From the IMG/VR virus record IMGVR_UViG_3300020397_000579, positions 1-25,843 of that record: 25,843 bases of DNA, one strand, 5' to 3'. Under the pieces are notes generated by a model. The model had not been told where the DNA came from. It saw only the letters and a program-made list of their open reading frames with translations, and did no database searches. Positions within the stretch are counted from its first letter, which is position 1; each line of letters starts with the position of its first letter. Positions 13,973-23,430 of this stretch are shown here, piece after piece. The translations under genes and the position numbers were made by a program. The DNA comes from a virus. Lineage: Duplodnaviria; Caudoviricetes.

Positions 13973-14324
13973 AGTTTAACTCCTTGTAATAATTTACGAT
14001 GGAAAGCACTTGTTTGATGTAGCGTTTAATCTCTGCCATGTTCAGCGAAAGGTTTTCATAACCTGTCGGGCTAACGCCATAATAAACATTTGTGGGGGCT
14101 TCGCCTTTTTCCAGATCATCCAAATATTCATCCATCACCGCCGGAGTAAGAACCTTCCACTCTACAGGCTTCGTCCTGACCTTTGATGGTAAAGGCGGGT
14201 GGTAAACTGCCTGTTTCTTTTGGATTTGCACCACCTCCACAGGCTTGACCTCTGGGATGAAGTTGCCAAGACTTGAGCAACCGCTAAGGACTAGGCTTGC
14301 TATCAGTAAGAATCTCAAATTCAT
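13935..14324 (-). CDS. o-spanin (Rz1-like lipoprotein)
   Basis: Signal peptide with lipobox LSGC, Pro-rich segment, overlaps 3' end of the i-spanin candidate. Confidence 0.75.
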   Translation of the reverse strand: MNLRFLLIASLVLSGCSSLGNFIPEVKPVEVVQIQKKQAVYHPPLPSKVRTKPVEWKVLTPAVMDEYLDDLEKGEAPTNVYYGVSPTGYENLSLNMAEIKRYIKQVLSIVNYYKELNSEKEEDQSSGNK

Positions 14325-14688
14325 TTAGAACCCCTTTAGTTCCTTTGTTAATGATGTTTTCTATTAACTTCGGTTTTCTTAAACTGAGCAAATTCATATC
14401 ATGCTTTTGGAATTTATCTTTTAAGTTTTGGACTTGCTCCCTTGCCTCTTCGTTTTGTTCCTGCAATACGTTGATTTTCTCAAATGCGATTTTCTTCTCT
14501 TCCTCTGCCGCTATTACTTGATCGTTTAACCCTTTAATGCTGTTTTCCAAAAGCACTTGATTATCTGCCGCCTGTCTGAGTTGCAATGCTATCGCCTCTT
14601 TTTCTGCCTCCGATTTATCATAATATAGTTTGAAAGCCCCGCCAGTGATGGCTAGAGCCAAACCAAGACCACCTGTCAGATACCACAT
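14284..14688 (-). CDS. i-spanin (Rz-like)
   Basis: ATG 14688: N-terminal TM helix then long coiled coil. Confidence 0.75.
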   Translation of the reverse strand: MWYLTGGLGLALAITGGAFKLYYDKSEAEKEAIALQLRQAADNQVLLENSIKGLNDQVIAAEEEKKIAFEKINVLQEQNEEAREQVQNLKDKFQKHDMNLLSLRKPKLIENIINKGTKGVLNEFEILTDSKPSP

Positions 14689-14707
14689 AATTTTATGTCC
14701 TTCCGTT

Positions 14708-15118
14708 TCATGTGGAACTTGGTGGAGTCGGAAACGTGACTTGAGATATTTCCACGATATCTGTGCCAATCGTTGCCGGAAAATCTCTGATACTTTGTCG
14801 GTAATTTTTCCACGAATCCAGCTTTTCAGAAATATAATTTGGCGCATCTGGTAGCATCCATTTGTCGCTGTCTTGAAGAATCATCCGGCATTGTTCGCGA
14901 ACCTCTAGCATAAGTCTTGCGTGTTTCTCAGAATCAGATAATTCGGGTTGTTGTAGCTTGCCATCTTTCACATAAGATGGTCGGGTGAAGTCTATCTCTA
15001 CATCATCAGCAATTTCTAAATGATTTTCGTAGAGAGTTTTTAAATTAGCTATTGAAGTGGGATCACCTGAATAAACATTTAAAACCAACCCATCATCGTC
15101 AAAAACTGCTAGTCTCAT
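14708..15118 (-). CDS. Tail fibre assembly chaperone-like protein
   Basis: R.....L..SD...LPDAP......W..YRQ..RD.P......V.FP.PP C-terminal motif; follows tail tip gene. Confidence 0.8.
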   Translation of the reverse strand: MRLAVFDDDGLVLNVYSGDPTSIANLKTLYENHLEIADDVEIDFTRPSYVKDGKLQQPELSDSEKHARLMLEVREQCRMILQDSDKWMLPDAPNYISEKLDSWKNYRQSIRDFPATIGTDIVEISQVTFPTPPSST

Positions 15119-18100
15119 CTTTGCCTCGCAATAGCGTTCATGGAGCCTGTGCCGCGCCGATAACTAATAGATGTGTCACTTCCACCTGCTACCCAAGTAA
15201 TATAGTAGTAGTATGTTTGTGCGCTTGATGTGTTTGTAAATGTGGCGGCGGTTGAAAGTGAAACCGAAAAACCTGCCGTCACCGATGTGGACTGTGCGTT
15301 TGTGACGCTTGTTGATCCAATTAGAGTTCCTACGCTTTTGGCCGTGGTGCTTTGGTGAATTCCGATCCGCACTGTCCCTTGAGGGCTTCCTGTGTTCGCC
15401 AAAAAATTTAGATTAGCTTCAACATAAGTCACGGTTGGCCTCAATGAAGCATCCGCGCTTGTCGTTACGGTCAACGCTGGGCTGGCGATATATTGTTGCG
15501 TATCCGTCCGATGGGTGGTATTTACGCTTGAATCTGCCGATACTGATGACCCAACAGCCCAAGTTGCCGCGTTATTGCCTAACTGTGTGGCCGAAACCCC
15601 CGCCTGTCTGATGATCAAACTTTGATTCCCTGCCGATCCTGTTGTATCTAGTGTCACGCCGTCAATGCTTATGTAATCGGCTTTTAAAGATCCTGCGGAA
15701 ATATCATTCGCTGATATCACGCCAAACACACCGCTGGCAGAACTCAATGAGCCAGCGACTATCTTAGTGGCTCCAAGCGTGCCATTTACCACTTGATCTC
15801 CTGTAAATACCTCCGTGATTTCTGCAAAGGAGCCACCGCCCCCACCAGAATTTGCCGATCCATATTTATATGATTTGCTCACCTTTGGATTGGCGCTTGT
15901 ATTCTGCACAATGACGAAATCCTCATCCATCGGCAATCTACCAAAAGCCGTATTAAATGCTGAATCACTTGGAGCGTTGGTATTCCCAGCAACATCCAGA
16001 TGGAAGAATCCCGCAACCGGAAAATCAATAACAGAGCTATTGACACCTGTAAAGGCTCCTGACACCTGTGAGGAAAGGGCTGATTCTTGCCCTGTATGGG
16101 TAACCCCTCGCACTTTGTAATAATAAGTAGTTCCAGCCGTGAGGCCGTTTGTATCTCCTCGCGTAATGACCATCTTTTTATTTGGCTCACCTGTCAGCGT
16201 AGCGACAACCAAAGATTCGCTTGGGCTTGCGCCGATGGAGCTTGATGATTCGTAAACTTTGATGCTTCTCAGGTTGGTGTTTGAAGGGTTCGTCCAAGAG
16301 ATGCTCAAAGCCAAAGGTTTGTTGTTCACCACCGCCAAGCCGGACGGTGCGTTGAACGTGTCAGTGTGGCTTGGTGTTATGGTTGCTTCGGAGCTAAATG
16401 CTGAAACAATCCCCCCTTTCCCTCTATGCCGCACCCTGAAAACATACGCCTGATTGTTTGTTAAATCAGCCACAACGAGATTTGATTGCCCCTTTCCCGC
16501 AATACCAGCGGAAAGATAAGTCCCTCCAGAGAGCTTGTACTGCACCTCTGTGCCTGTAATATCGTCCGAATTAGCGTTTGTCCAGTTCACCGTGATGTTG
16601 ATCTTGACTGTTGGCCCATCAACCACGCTGGCAACTGAGGGAGTGCCGATAGTTGGCGCGGTTATTGTCATGACCCCTGTGGTTCTTTCGTTCCCTTCCG
16701 TTATTGGCGTTGTATAATCTGATGTAGCAAAACTGAAAACTGAAGACGCTGTTTCCCTAAGCGATAAACTGACCGTTGCCAAGGCTCCTGATCCATCATC
16801 TGCGGCATCAAGCTCCAAACGCATATCTTCAATTTGAAAGATTTTAGAACTGAAACCAAGGCGTGAGTTTGTCACATAAATCCAATCGTTTGGCTGACAT
16901 TGAATGTATTTGATGGGAACCCTAACGGCCACTCTAGTAGTTTGTCGCTGATCTAAAAGCTGGATCTTTTGAATTCGTTGCGCGGTGTCAGTGTCCGTTG
17001 TAAACCCTAGAGAGATTTCCATTTCCTTGGCAAAATTTGGGCTTCCTGCGCCGCCTACCCTGTCGCCCACTGGGGTATCTTCTAACAGCATACTAGCAGA
17101 TTTAAAAACTGGTGTTTCTGTAGCGACAAATTTTTGGCCGCTATCTGGGAATATAGCCTTGATTTGATTGTACATATCACCGCCACGTTTCTTAGTGACA
17201 ATCTCAAACGGTCCTAGCGCATCGGCATCTGTGATTGTTAGCTCTGGTGTTTGCGCCGCCCCTGCAAATACTTGAAAAGATCCGTTAACAAATCCTACCT
17301 TTCCACACATAGAACCGACAATTCCTTGAATCACTGATTCGCCTGTAGCTTGCATATTTGTGAAACCGTTACAGGTGTATCGGGTTTGTTGGGTTGAGCC
17401 ATCGCCTAGTGTCACTTGTTGATCGCAGATATTCGCCGCCGCTGATATGCCTCCGGCGTTTGTACTGGTGTTTACTTCATCAGATTTTGCTTTCAGACCG
17501 TAAGTGGTATCCGTTAAATAATCATGTAAACAAAGAGCCGGATTACTCCTTTGAGCGTCTGTCGTTGCCGCCGCATTTGTGCGGGGATCAAAAACATTCT
17601 TCCCTTTCATCAAAAAAGAAATCTTGGGCATTGAAAAGTTTTTTTCTGAATCTATCGCGCATTGAAAATAAAAATAAGCGCAATTCGTATATTTATGGGT
17701 GTTTGGAATTGCGGTGGTGCCTAGCTGATTTTGAGCCAATCCATCACAAGCGGTCTGTGTGCCATCGTGAAATGTAAATCTCACTAAATAACCAGATGAT
17801 CCGCTGTAAGTGAAAGTGCTTTTATTCTCGCCTGTTAAGTCTCTCAAATCGTTTTGAGTGGCGTAAAAAACTGTTTCGCCTTGTTCTGTTTGGGTTGCGG
17901 TGGTCAGTTCTAGGTCATTATAAAAAACCTTCTCAAACCCCTCTACCGGATGCCCTGATACAACGATAATTAGATTTAAAAAAGCCCCATCGTTGCCTGT
18001 AGTTTCAACGTGTGCGAATGTCCCGCCCACCCTGCATTTACCATAAATGATTTGTCTCGCAACGGCGGTTCCGGCCCCTGAAACTTTGGTTCCCATATTT

Positions 18101-18378
18101 CCAAGTGATCCATCCAGCCCAGAACCCATCTTTGGTGATAATAAAGAGGTAACTAAAGCCCCAGCCCCCGCTATTGCTAAGGCTCCGTAAAAAGATGGTG
18201 AAAGTAACAATCCAGAGAACCCGCCAAAAAGACCTCCCGCCCCTATCGGCGCTGTAGACAATATGGTGCTGGTTCCTAAAAACGTGCCGCCAAACGCTTG
18301 AACTACCGCCCCAGCCGTCACCAGAACTAAAGCCGTGACAACGACTGCTGTTAGAACTGCCTTAATGATCTTGCCCAT
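15115..18378 (-). CDS. Tail tip / host-specificity protein (lambda J-like) with fibronectin-III-like domains
   Basis: IIYGKCRVGG, KGKNVFDPR, SNPA..L.DYL....YG, FN3-like segments (VNWTN...YVFRVR; ISWTNP...YYYKVRGV). Confidence 0.88.
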   Translation of the reverse strand: MGKIIKAVLTAVVVTALVLVTAGAVVQAFGGTFLGTSTILSTAPIGAGGLFGGFSGLLLSPSFYGALAIAGAGALVTSLLSPKMGSGLDGSLGNMGTKVSGAGTAVARQIIYGKCRVGGTFAHVETTGNDGAFLNLIIVVSGHPVEGFEKVFYNDLELTTATQTEQGETVFYATQNDLRDLTGENKSTFTYSGSSGYLVRFTFHDGTQTACDGLAQNQLGTTAIPNTHKYTNCAYFYFQCAIDSEKNFSMPKISFLMKGKNVFDPRTNAAATTDAQRSNPALCLHDYLTDTTYGLKAKSDEVNTSTNAGGISAAANICDQQVTLGDGSTQQTRYTCNGFTNMQATGESVIQGIVGSMCGKVGFVNGSFQVFAGAAQTPELTITDADALGPFEIVTKKRGGDMYNQIKAIFPDSGQKFVATETPVFKSASMLLEDTPVGDRVGGAGSPNFAKEMEISLGFTTDTDTAQRIQKIQLLDQRQTTRVAVRVPIKYIQCQPNDWIYVTNSRLGFSSKIFQIEDMRLELDAADDGSGALATVSLSLRETASSVFSFATSDYTTPITEGNERTTGVMTITAPTIGTPSVASVVDGPTVKINITVNWTNANSDDITGTEVQYKLSGGTYLSAGIAGKGQSNLVVADLTNNQAYVFRVRHRGKGGIVSAFSSEATITPSHTDTFNAPSGLAVVNNKPLALSISWTNPSNTNLRSIKVYESSSSIGASPSESLVVATLTGEPNKKMVITRGDTNGLTAGTTYYYKVRGVTHTGQESALSSQVSGAFTGVNSSVIDFPVAGFFHLDVAGNTNAPSDSAFNTAFGRLPMDEDFVIVQNTSANPKVSKSYKYGSANSGGGGGSFAEITEVFTGDQVVNGTLGATKIVAGSLSSASGVFGVISANDISAGSLKADYISIDGVTLDTTGSAGNQSLIIRQAGVSATQLGNNAATWAVGSSVSADSSVNTTHRTDTQQYIASPALTVTTSADASLRPTVTYVEANLNFLANTGSPQGTVRIGIHQSTTAKSVGTLIGSTSVTNAQSTSVTAGFSVSLSTAATFTNTSSAQTYYYYITWVAGGSDTSISYRRGTGSMNAIARQR

Positions 18379-18795
18379 TTAGGGAATCCTCCAAGCGGCT
18401 TCAATGGTGCTTGGTAAGCTGAAAGCATAGCCGCCATCTGTGGGCGACATCACCCTTACCCCATCCGATATCCCTGCCACTGGTTTGTTATCATTCATTA
18501 CAACAACCAGATCGCCTGTCGTGACGTACTGTGGTTCAACTGGAACCATGCCAGCCGCAAGCGCGGCTTTTTCAAGAGCTTTGTCCAAAGTGCCGCCGTA
18601 ATCTTTGATTGCTTTGTAGGCGGTTTTTTCGTCTTTCCATTTTAAAGTTTTGGGGATCACATTCTTTCCGCTTATTACCTTTAGACAAGCGTTTGCGAAA
18701 ATACAACAATCCCATGTGCCCCATTCAAAGTCACGCTCGCGGTTCTCTTTTAAGAACTCCGCCAATTTTATTTCCCAATCTGGAAGCCTTTTCAT
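18379..18795 (-). CDS. Tail tip assembly protein, NlpC/P60-like (DUF6950-like)
   Basis: RLPDW...L......F.WG..DC..FA, GDLV, AWR; position before tail tip. Confidence 0.8.
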   Translation of the reverse strand: MKRLPDWEIKLAEFLKENRERDFEWGTWDCCIFANACLKVISGKNVIPKTLKWKDEKTAYKAIKDYGGTLDKALEKAALAAGMVPVEPQYVTTGDLVVVMNDNKPVAGISDGVRVMSPTDGGYAFSLPSTIEAAWRIP

Positions 18796-19463
18796 CAGAA
18801 AGGTACTTGCGGGATGATTTCGTCAATGCTTGGAATAGCTGGGGTTTGTCCTTCCATCAAGCCTAACCCTGATCTTTCCTTGCCCCACAAGATTTCAGCG
18901 GTCTGAATTCTTTCCATGCGGTTGAATCCTGTATCAGTAGGATCAATCAACTTCTGCGATTCTTTTAAGTACCTCAGATTACAAGGCCGCTTCAAATCCA
19001 CCAATCGGTTTTCACAATTTACTGTTATGGTGTTCGCTCCTTGTGGTTCTTCGGTGATCTGCATACTCGTCATGCGTCCTTTGAAAGAAGTCATGACGGC
19101 ACCAGCGTTTTCACCACCGCCATCTAAAAAACCAGTAAAAACAGTAATTGGGCGATTGTGATAATCGTTTGTTAAAGAATGAGAGAGAATTGATGGGTCT
19201 AAGCCTGACAGCCCAATAGTAAGGCCAGCGGATTTTAATTCTGCGGTATCCTCAAAGGCCGACATGGATAAAAGAGTTCCAACCCCTTGGTAAGTGTTGC
19301 CATCAAAAACAACGTCCCCAGCGGTCGTATTTACCCTGAGAACGTCATTATCAAATTCAGCTTGAACCGCGAAAAACATAAAAGAATGTTTCTCTGCGTT
19401 TAATCTCGCCTCCGCGACTGTTTTATTTACTATATCCGAATCAGAATCAAACCGCGTAGCCAT
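18795..19463 (-). CDS. Minor tail protein (hub component)
   Basis: G...FDGNTYQGVG.L, F.GRM, Q....P.D.GF, I.WG motifs; position between Dit and tail tip. Confidence 0.75.
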   Translation of the reverse strand: MATRFDSDSDIVNKTVAEARLNAEKHSFMFFAVQAEFDNDVLRVNTTAGDVVFDGNTYQGVGTLLSMSAFEDTAELKSAGLTIGLSGLDPSILSHSLTNDYHNRPITVFTGFLDGGGENAGAVMTSFKGRMTSMQITEEPQGANTITVNCENRLVDLKRPCNLRYLKESQKLIDPTDTGFNRMERIQTAEILWGKERSGLGLMEGQTPAIPSIDEIIPQVPF

Positions 19464-20369
19464 TTAGATTACCTCTGCACAACTGAACGCCAATGTGTAA
19501 AGAGAGTTTCTATCTGTGTCCCAACCAACTGAATTTCCAATCAAACGAAATCTGCTTTCATTCGCTCCGTTCTTAAATCCCGCGTAAAACCCATCCGCAA
19601 AATTGAATCTAAGTTTTGGTTCAATGGATACAGAGAAATGATTATTTCCACCGCCGACAACTGTTTCAGTAGCGTTTTCGGTACACATCACTAACTGTTT
19701 CGGTGTTGCGGTGGTCAGTGAAGCTCCGTCATACAAAGCTAAGTAATCGCCCCTTTTCAATAAGCCAGCAGATGTTCCATCAGATGACTCAAGAGAAAGA
19801 GCCGTTGCACCTTTGACGTTCACCTTTACCGAACAGCCTGATGTACTTGTTTCCGAAACTAAATCCCTGTCTACCACCGCCACTGTTTGAGAGTTTGAAG
19901 CGTTCTGAACAATTTTAAACGTGCCATTGTTGTCATCATTCACTGCCCCAGAGACAAAAAAGAAATCGCCTGTGACTGCGGAAAAAGCATTGTTGTTTGA
20001 TGTGATGGTATTGCCAGAAAAACTTAATGTGAGGCTAGATGCGTCCATCCTTGGGTCAGCTATAAAGTAATCGGCTGAATAAATACCCTCACCTGTGGCG
20101 GCTCTGTTTTTTGAGGGGTCCCGCCCATCTGGATCAACAAATTTAAAAAAGTTAGTCGGCCCCTGCATTTTGGTAAGGAAAGAAAGCCACTCTGTCGCCT
20201 CTGGGCGTTTCAATGGCGGGAGTGATACCTCTGCTACCCACCCAGCGTAATCAAACTCCTGAGTCCTCGTTTGGCCTGTAAAAGGAGACGCTACAGCACC
20301 AATCGCCCTATCAAGCTGGAAAGCTGACCTTACAAAATTAGGGCTTGATGGCATGGTAATTTCTCGCAT
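19464..20369 (-). CDS. Distal tail protein (Dit-like)
   Basis: SPFTGQ.......W.A..SLPPL......W..FL..M.G; immediately after tape measure. Confidence 0.7.
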   Translation of the reverse strand: MREITMPSSPNFVRSAFQLDRAIGAVASPFTGQTRTQEFDYAGWVAEVSLPPLKRPEATEWLSFLTKMQGPTNFFKFVDPDGRDPSKNRAATGEGIYSADYFIADPRMDASSLTLSFSGNTITSNNNAFSAVTGDFFFVSGAVNDDNNGTFKIVQNASNSQTVAVVDRDLVSETSTSGCSVKVNVKGATALSLESSDGTSAGLLKRGDYLALYDGASLTTATPKQLVMCTENATETVVGGGNNHFSVSIEPKLRFNFADGFYAGFKNGANESRFRLIGNSVGWDTDRNSLYTLAFSCAEVI

Positions 20370-22238
20370 TTATCCCCCTAATAATCCACGGCGATATGTG
20401 CCGCCCCTTGATGCCGCCTCTAATACAGATGCCTTCGTTACGTCTGAAATCGTAGGCAACATCTTCATAACCTCCTGTCTTACCGTAGGAACCACGCCTG
20501 TGCTAAAGTTAAGGTTTTGGTTGATGACTATTCCATCGCCGCCCATAGCCATCCGGCTTGAATGATTGTTCATAATTCTACCGCCAGTATTGGGTATAAA
20601 AAGCTCTGGCCCTCTTTCTCCTACTAACATCGGGCCACTTCCTCTTCCCCCTGTGGCTCTTTTGGGCATCCCTGTAAAGGGGAAATTCTGGGGTGAGAAC
20701 CCTGCATTTACAGATCCACCGCTGGCATCACCCCCACCACCGAATAAAGAAATTTCTGGAAGTTGGGTGAAACCTGTTACATTGCCAAAAATAGAGTTCA
20801 ATATTTTATTAACAATAGCCATTTGCAAGAAAGTTGAAATAATTTGGGCTACGATGTTTTTAGCAAAATTTTTGAAAGCGTCCAAAGCATTTTGCCCATC
20901 CATCAAAGCGGTTACAAAAGTCGTTGTGAACTGTTGAGATTGTTGCGCTATAGAGTTGGTCATGTCTCCGATTTCTTCCGTGGCTGTTTTAACTTTTTCT
21001 CCCAAATCGTCATTGCCCTTACCAGCGGCGTTCATTCCTTCCAGCATATTTTTTAAAGCCTCATCTAGCTCTTGCTGGTTTTTAGTATTCTCTTGCGTAA
21101 CTAAGGACAATTTTTCAAATATAGTAGAGATGCCTGTTACTTTCAGAGCTTCATCCACAAAGCCAGCAATCTTTTCTTCTGCGCCTTCTATGCTTTTTGC
21201 CGCCAAACCAGCCGCGACTGCTAATCCTGCAAAAATTACATTCTTTTTCGTCACTTTGTTCAAAATAGCTATTGCCGCCCCTGCACCGCCCACGGCTCTA
21301 GCCATGTTCACAAAAGCCTTTCCGGTTGAAAGAGCCAATGAACCTAACTGTAAAGCCGCAAAAGTTCCTGCCGCTATACTTAAACTATTCAAATTAGCCC
21401 TTGCGATTGCTACCGCTTGCCCTAAAACATTGAAAGCAGTTGCCAACGCACCGCCAGCCAATGAAGCTAATGGTGTGAGAGACTTAACCAAAGAAATCAA
21501 GCTACGGTTGACTCCAACAATTACTTGATTCAAACCGCTGTCACCAATAGCTTTTGATGTTTCTGCTAACGCATCCTTTAAATTAGAAAAAGAACCCGAT
21601 ACAGTTTTTGAAGTTTCTTCCAATGCGGTAGGAAATTTCTCGCTTCCGATTTTCCGAATGAAATCAATTATTGATTGTCCATCTCGTTCTATCAGTTGGG
21701 TATTGTTTTGGAAAGTAACCGCTAATTTGTCGCCTTCCACTTTTGCGATAATACCGAACTGTTTGAGCATTTCCATTTCGCCAGTGGTGGCGTTGAACGC
21801 CGCTTGGGAAATCTGCGTTATGTCTTTTCCGAACGCCGCCGCTACATTACCAAAATCCTGTAAAACATCGGTGGTCGGTGTGATTCCAGCATTTAATAAG
21901 GTTGTAAATGCGCTTGATACGTTTTCAAGCTGGAAAGTTGTCCCTGCTGTAAAAGCTCTGATTACATCAAAAGACGCTCCTGCCGCCTCTGCGGAGCCTG
22001 TAATAGCCCTTAGAGATGCCTCAAGGGTTTCAAACTTTGCCGCTGTAGAAACTACGTTTGCGCCTATCGCACCGATACCAACTGCGGCAAGAACACCGCC
22101 AAGCCTTTTGAACGATAAAATGGACGTATTTGTGCGCTTGTCAAGAGCCGCCATACTCCCCTGAACAGTGGCAAGCCCTTTTTGAAGCTGTCGGGTGTCG
22201 GCCCTTATTTGAACGATTAATTCGTCAACGGTTGCCAT
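20370..22238 (-). CDS. Tape measure protein
   Basis: 622 aa Ala/Gly-rich helical protein, N-terminal L.VQI.AD, C-terminal RATGG.....LVGERGPELF.P. Confidence 0.92.
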   Translation of the reverse strand: MATVDELIVQIRADTRQLQKGLATVQGSMAALDKRTNTSILSFKRLGGVLAAVGIGAIGANVVSTAAKFETLEASLRAITGSAEAAGASFDVIRAFTAGTTFQLENVSSAFTTLLNAGITPTTDVLQDFGNVAAAFGKDITQISQAAFNATTGEMEMLKQFGIIAKVEGDKLAVTFQNNTQLIERDGQSIIDFIRKIGSEKFPTALEETSKTVSGSFSNLKDALAETSKAIGDSGLNQVIVGVNRSLISLVKSLTPLASLAGGALATAFNVLGQAVAIARANLNSLSIAAGTFAALQLGSLALSTGKAFVNMARAVGGAGAAIAILNKVTKKNVIFAGLAVAAGLAAKSIEGAEEKIAGFVDEALKVTGISTIFEKLSLVTQENTKNQQELDEALKNMLEGMNAAGKGNDDLGEKVKTATEEIGDMTNSIAQQSQQFTTTFVTALMDGQNALDAFKNFAKNIVAQIISTFLQMAIVNKILNSIFGNVTGFTQLPEISLFGGGGDASGGSVNAGFSPQNFPFTGMPKRATGGRGSGPMLVGERGPELFIPNTGGRIMNNHSSRMAMGGDGIVINQNLNFSTGVVPTVRQEVMKMLPTISDVTKASVLEAASRGGTYRRGLLGG

Positions 22239-22456
22239 CAGTCGGGATATAGCTCCATCAAGTCTTTTAGCTCATTTCTGGTCATGGGTTGCTTTTGTTC
22301 CTGTCCGTTAAACTCCATGAACCCTTCAATCACTATGTAAATTTCCTGTGGTGACATATCCCAAAATGTTTTTGGATCAAGCCCAATCATTCCCACACAA
22401 ATGGCATAAAATCTACGCCAAGGGAGTGTCTTTTCTTTTATGTCACCGCTAGGTCT
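22238..22456 (-). CDS. Tail assembly chaperone C-terminal extension (-1 frameshift, gpGT-like)
   Basis: -1 frame after GAA AAA AAA GAC reads RPSGDIKEKTLPWRRFYAICVGMIGLDPKTFWDMSPQE...MTRNELKDLMELYPD; stop overlaps tape measure ATG. Confidence 0.85.
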   Translation of the reverse strand, partial: RPSGDIKEKTLPWRRFYAICVGMIGLDPKTFWDMSPQEIYIVIEGFMEFNGQEQKQPMTRNELKDLMELYPD

Positions 22457-22779
22457 TTTTTTTCGTTTGAACCTGTATCTGTCAAAACAGACGCAAGCAA
22501 CTCAGCAATCACGCGACAAACTTCCGTGAAAGGGTTCTCCGAAATTATTTTTTTAATTCCAGAGTCATCTATGTCCTTACCACCACCGCGTAATGCGGCT
22601 TTGAGAATGACTACAACATAAGATGTGCGGATCTTCGCTTCTCCGATTTCCGTCATTATTTCAATGATGCCCTTATCAAGCTCGTCCTCAATGTTGATAA
22701 TCGCATCAACAGTGAGTCTAGCTTTATAGGTTTCATTCCCCAGTGTTATTTGGGTCTCCCCCCTCATCGGGTTGGTCAT
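22438..22779 (-). CDS. Tail assembly chaperone (GTA gp10-like, gpG)
   Basis: M.NP.RGE....LG...Y..RLT..A...IE motif. Confidence 0.85.
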   Translation of the reverse strand: MTNPMRGETQITLGNETYKARLTVDAIINIEDELDKGIIEIMTEIGEAKIRTSYVVVILKAALRGGGKDIDDSGIKKIISENPFTEVCRVIAELLASVLTDTGSNEKKDLAVT

Positions 22780-22999
22780 CGTTTTCCTCCTGTGCTATCT
22801 GCACGTTTTTAAAGTCGGCATCTGCCAACGTAAGATATATAACATCATCTCGCTCATCTACACGCCAATCTTCTACCGCATAGCTTGCCCCATTTACGGT
22901 GACGCTTGTGGGATCTTCACCGATGGCGTTTGGGCAAGTGACTTCGTTGCCCCTTGCCATCCCATCAATCCCTTCAATCTCAACCACTATCCAAGACAT
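22733..22999 (-). CDS. Acidic hypothetical protein
   Basis: 88 aa, RBS AAGGGGG, between tail tube and chaperone. Confidence 0.65.
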   Translation of the reverse strand: MSWIVVEIEGIDGMARGNEVTCPNAIGEDPTSVTVNGASYAVEDWRVDERDDVIYLTLADADFKNVQIAQEENDDQPDEGGDPNNTGE

Positions 23000-23011
23000 T
23001 TAAAGCCCCCT

Positions 23012-23416
23012 TTACGCCGCCGCGAATGTAACCGCGCCGCCACTTTCAAAAGTAACATCGTAAGTAGCTTCGCCATTGTATTCGCCAGCATAGCTCAGAG
23101 TCGTTATTTGAAAGTTGCCTGAGTAAGTTCCAAGGTCGGGGATTACGAAAGAACAAGCTAATAATGCCGCGCCTCCAAAAGCAGTTCTCAAAGCAACTTC
23201 AGAAGCCGCGTCCGTGAATACGCCTGATCCGGCTATCGTCACGCTTTGAACGCCCGCCGCTGGAAGCAATATCCTTTGGTTTGAGCTATCTTTGTTAGTT
23301 ACGTCAACGGTTTCTTCGTTCAAGGTTATGGTGCTTGAACGTAAACCGCCAACTGTTACTTGCGAGCCTGACACGTTGATCTTGACCAGAACCGCGCTAC
23401 CTTTTTGTGCCGCCAT
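23012..23416 (-). CDS. Major tail (tube) protein, TP901-1/GTA type
   Basis: MAAQKG, GLRS......E.VDVT.KDS, G.F.IT.L.YAGEYNGEATY...FES.G. Confidence 0.92.
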   Translation of the reverse strand: MAAQKGSAVLVKINVSGSQVTVGGLRSSTITLNEETVDVTNKDSSNQRILLPAAGVQSVTIAGSGVFTDAASEVALRTAFGGAALLACSFVIPDLGTYSGNFQITTLSYAGEYNGEATYDVTFESGGAVTFAAA

Positions 23417-23430
23417 TGTTTTCTCCTAAA

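Noticed and set aside
14689-14847. Extended start of the i-spanin ORF
   Set aside because: Lies within the upstream chaperone gene; ATG 14688 puts the TM helix at the N-terminus.
20353-22164. Long + strand ORFs opposite the tape measure gene (e.g. 20956..21528, 21658..22164)
   Set aside because: Antisense shadows of an Ala/Gly-rich gene; no RBS or motifs. The same applies to other antisense ORFs in the track.
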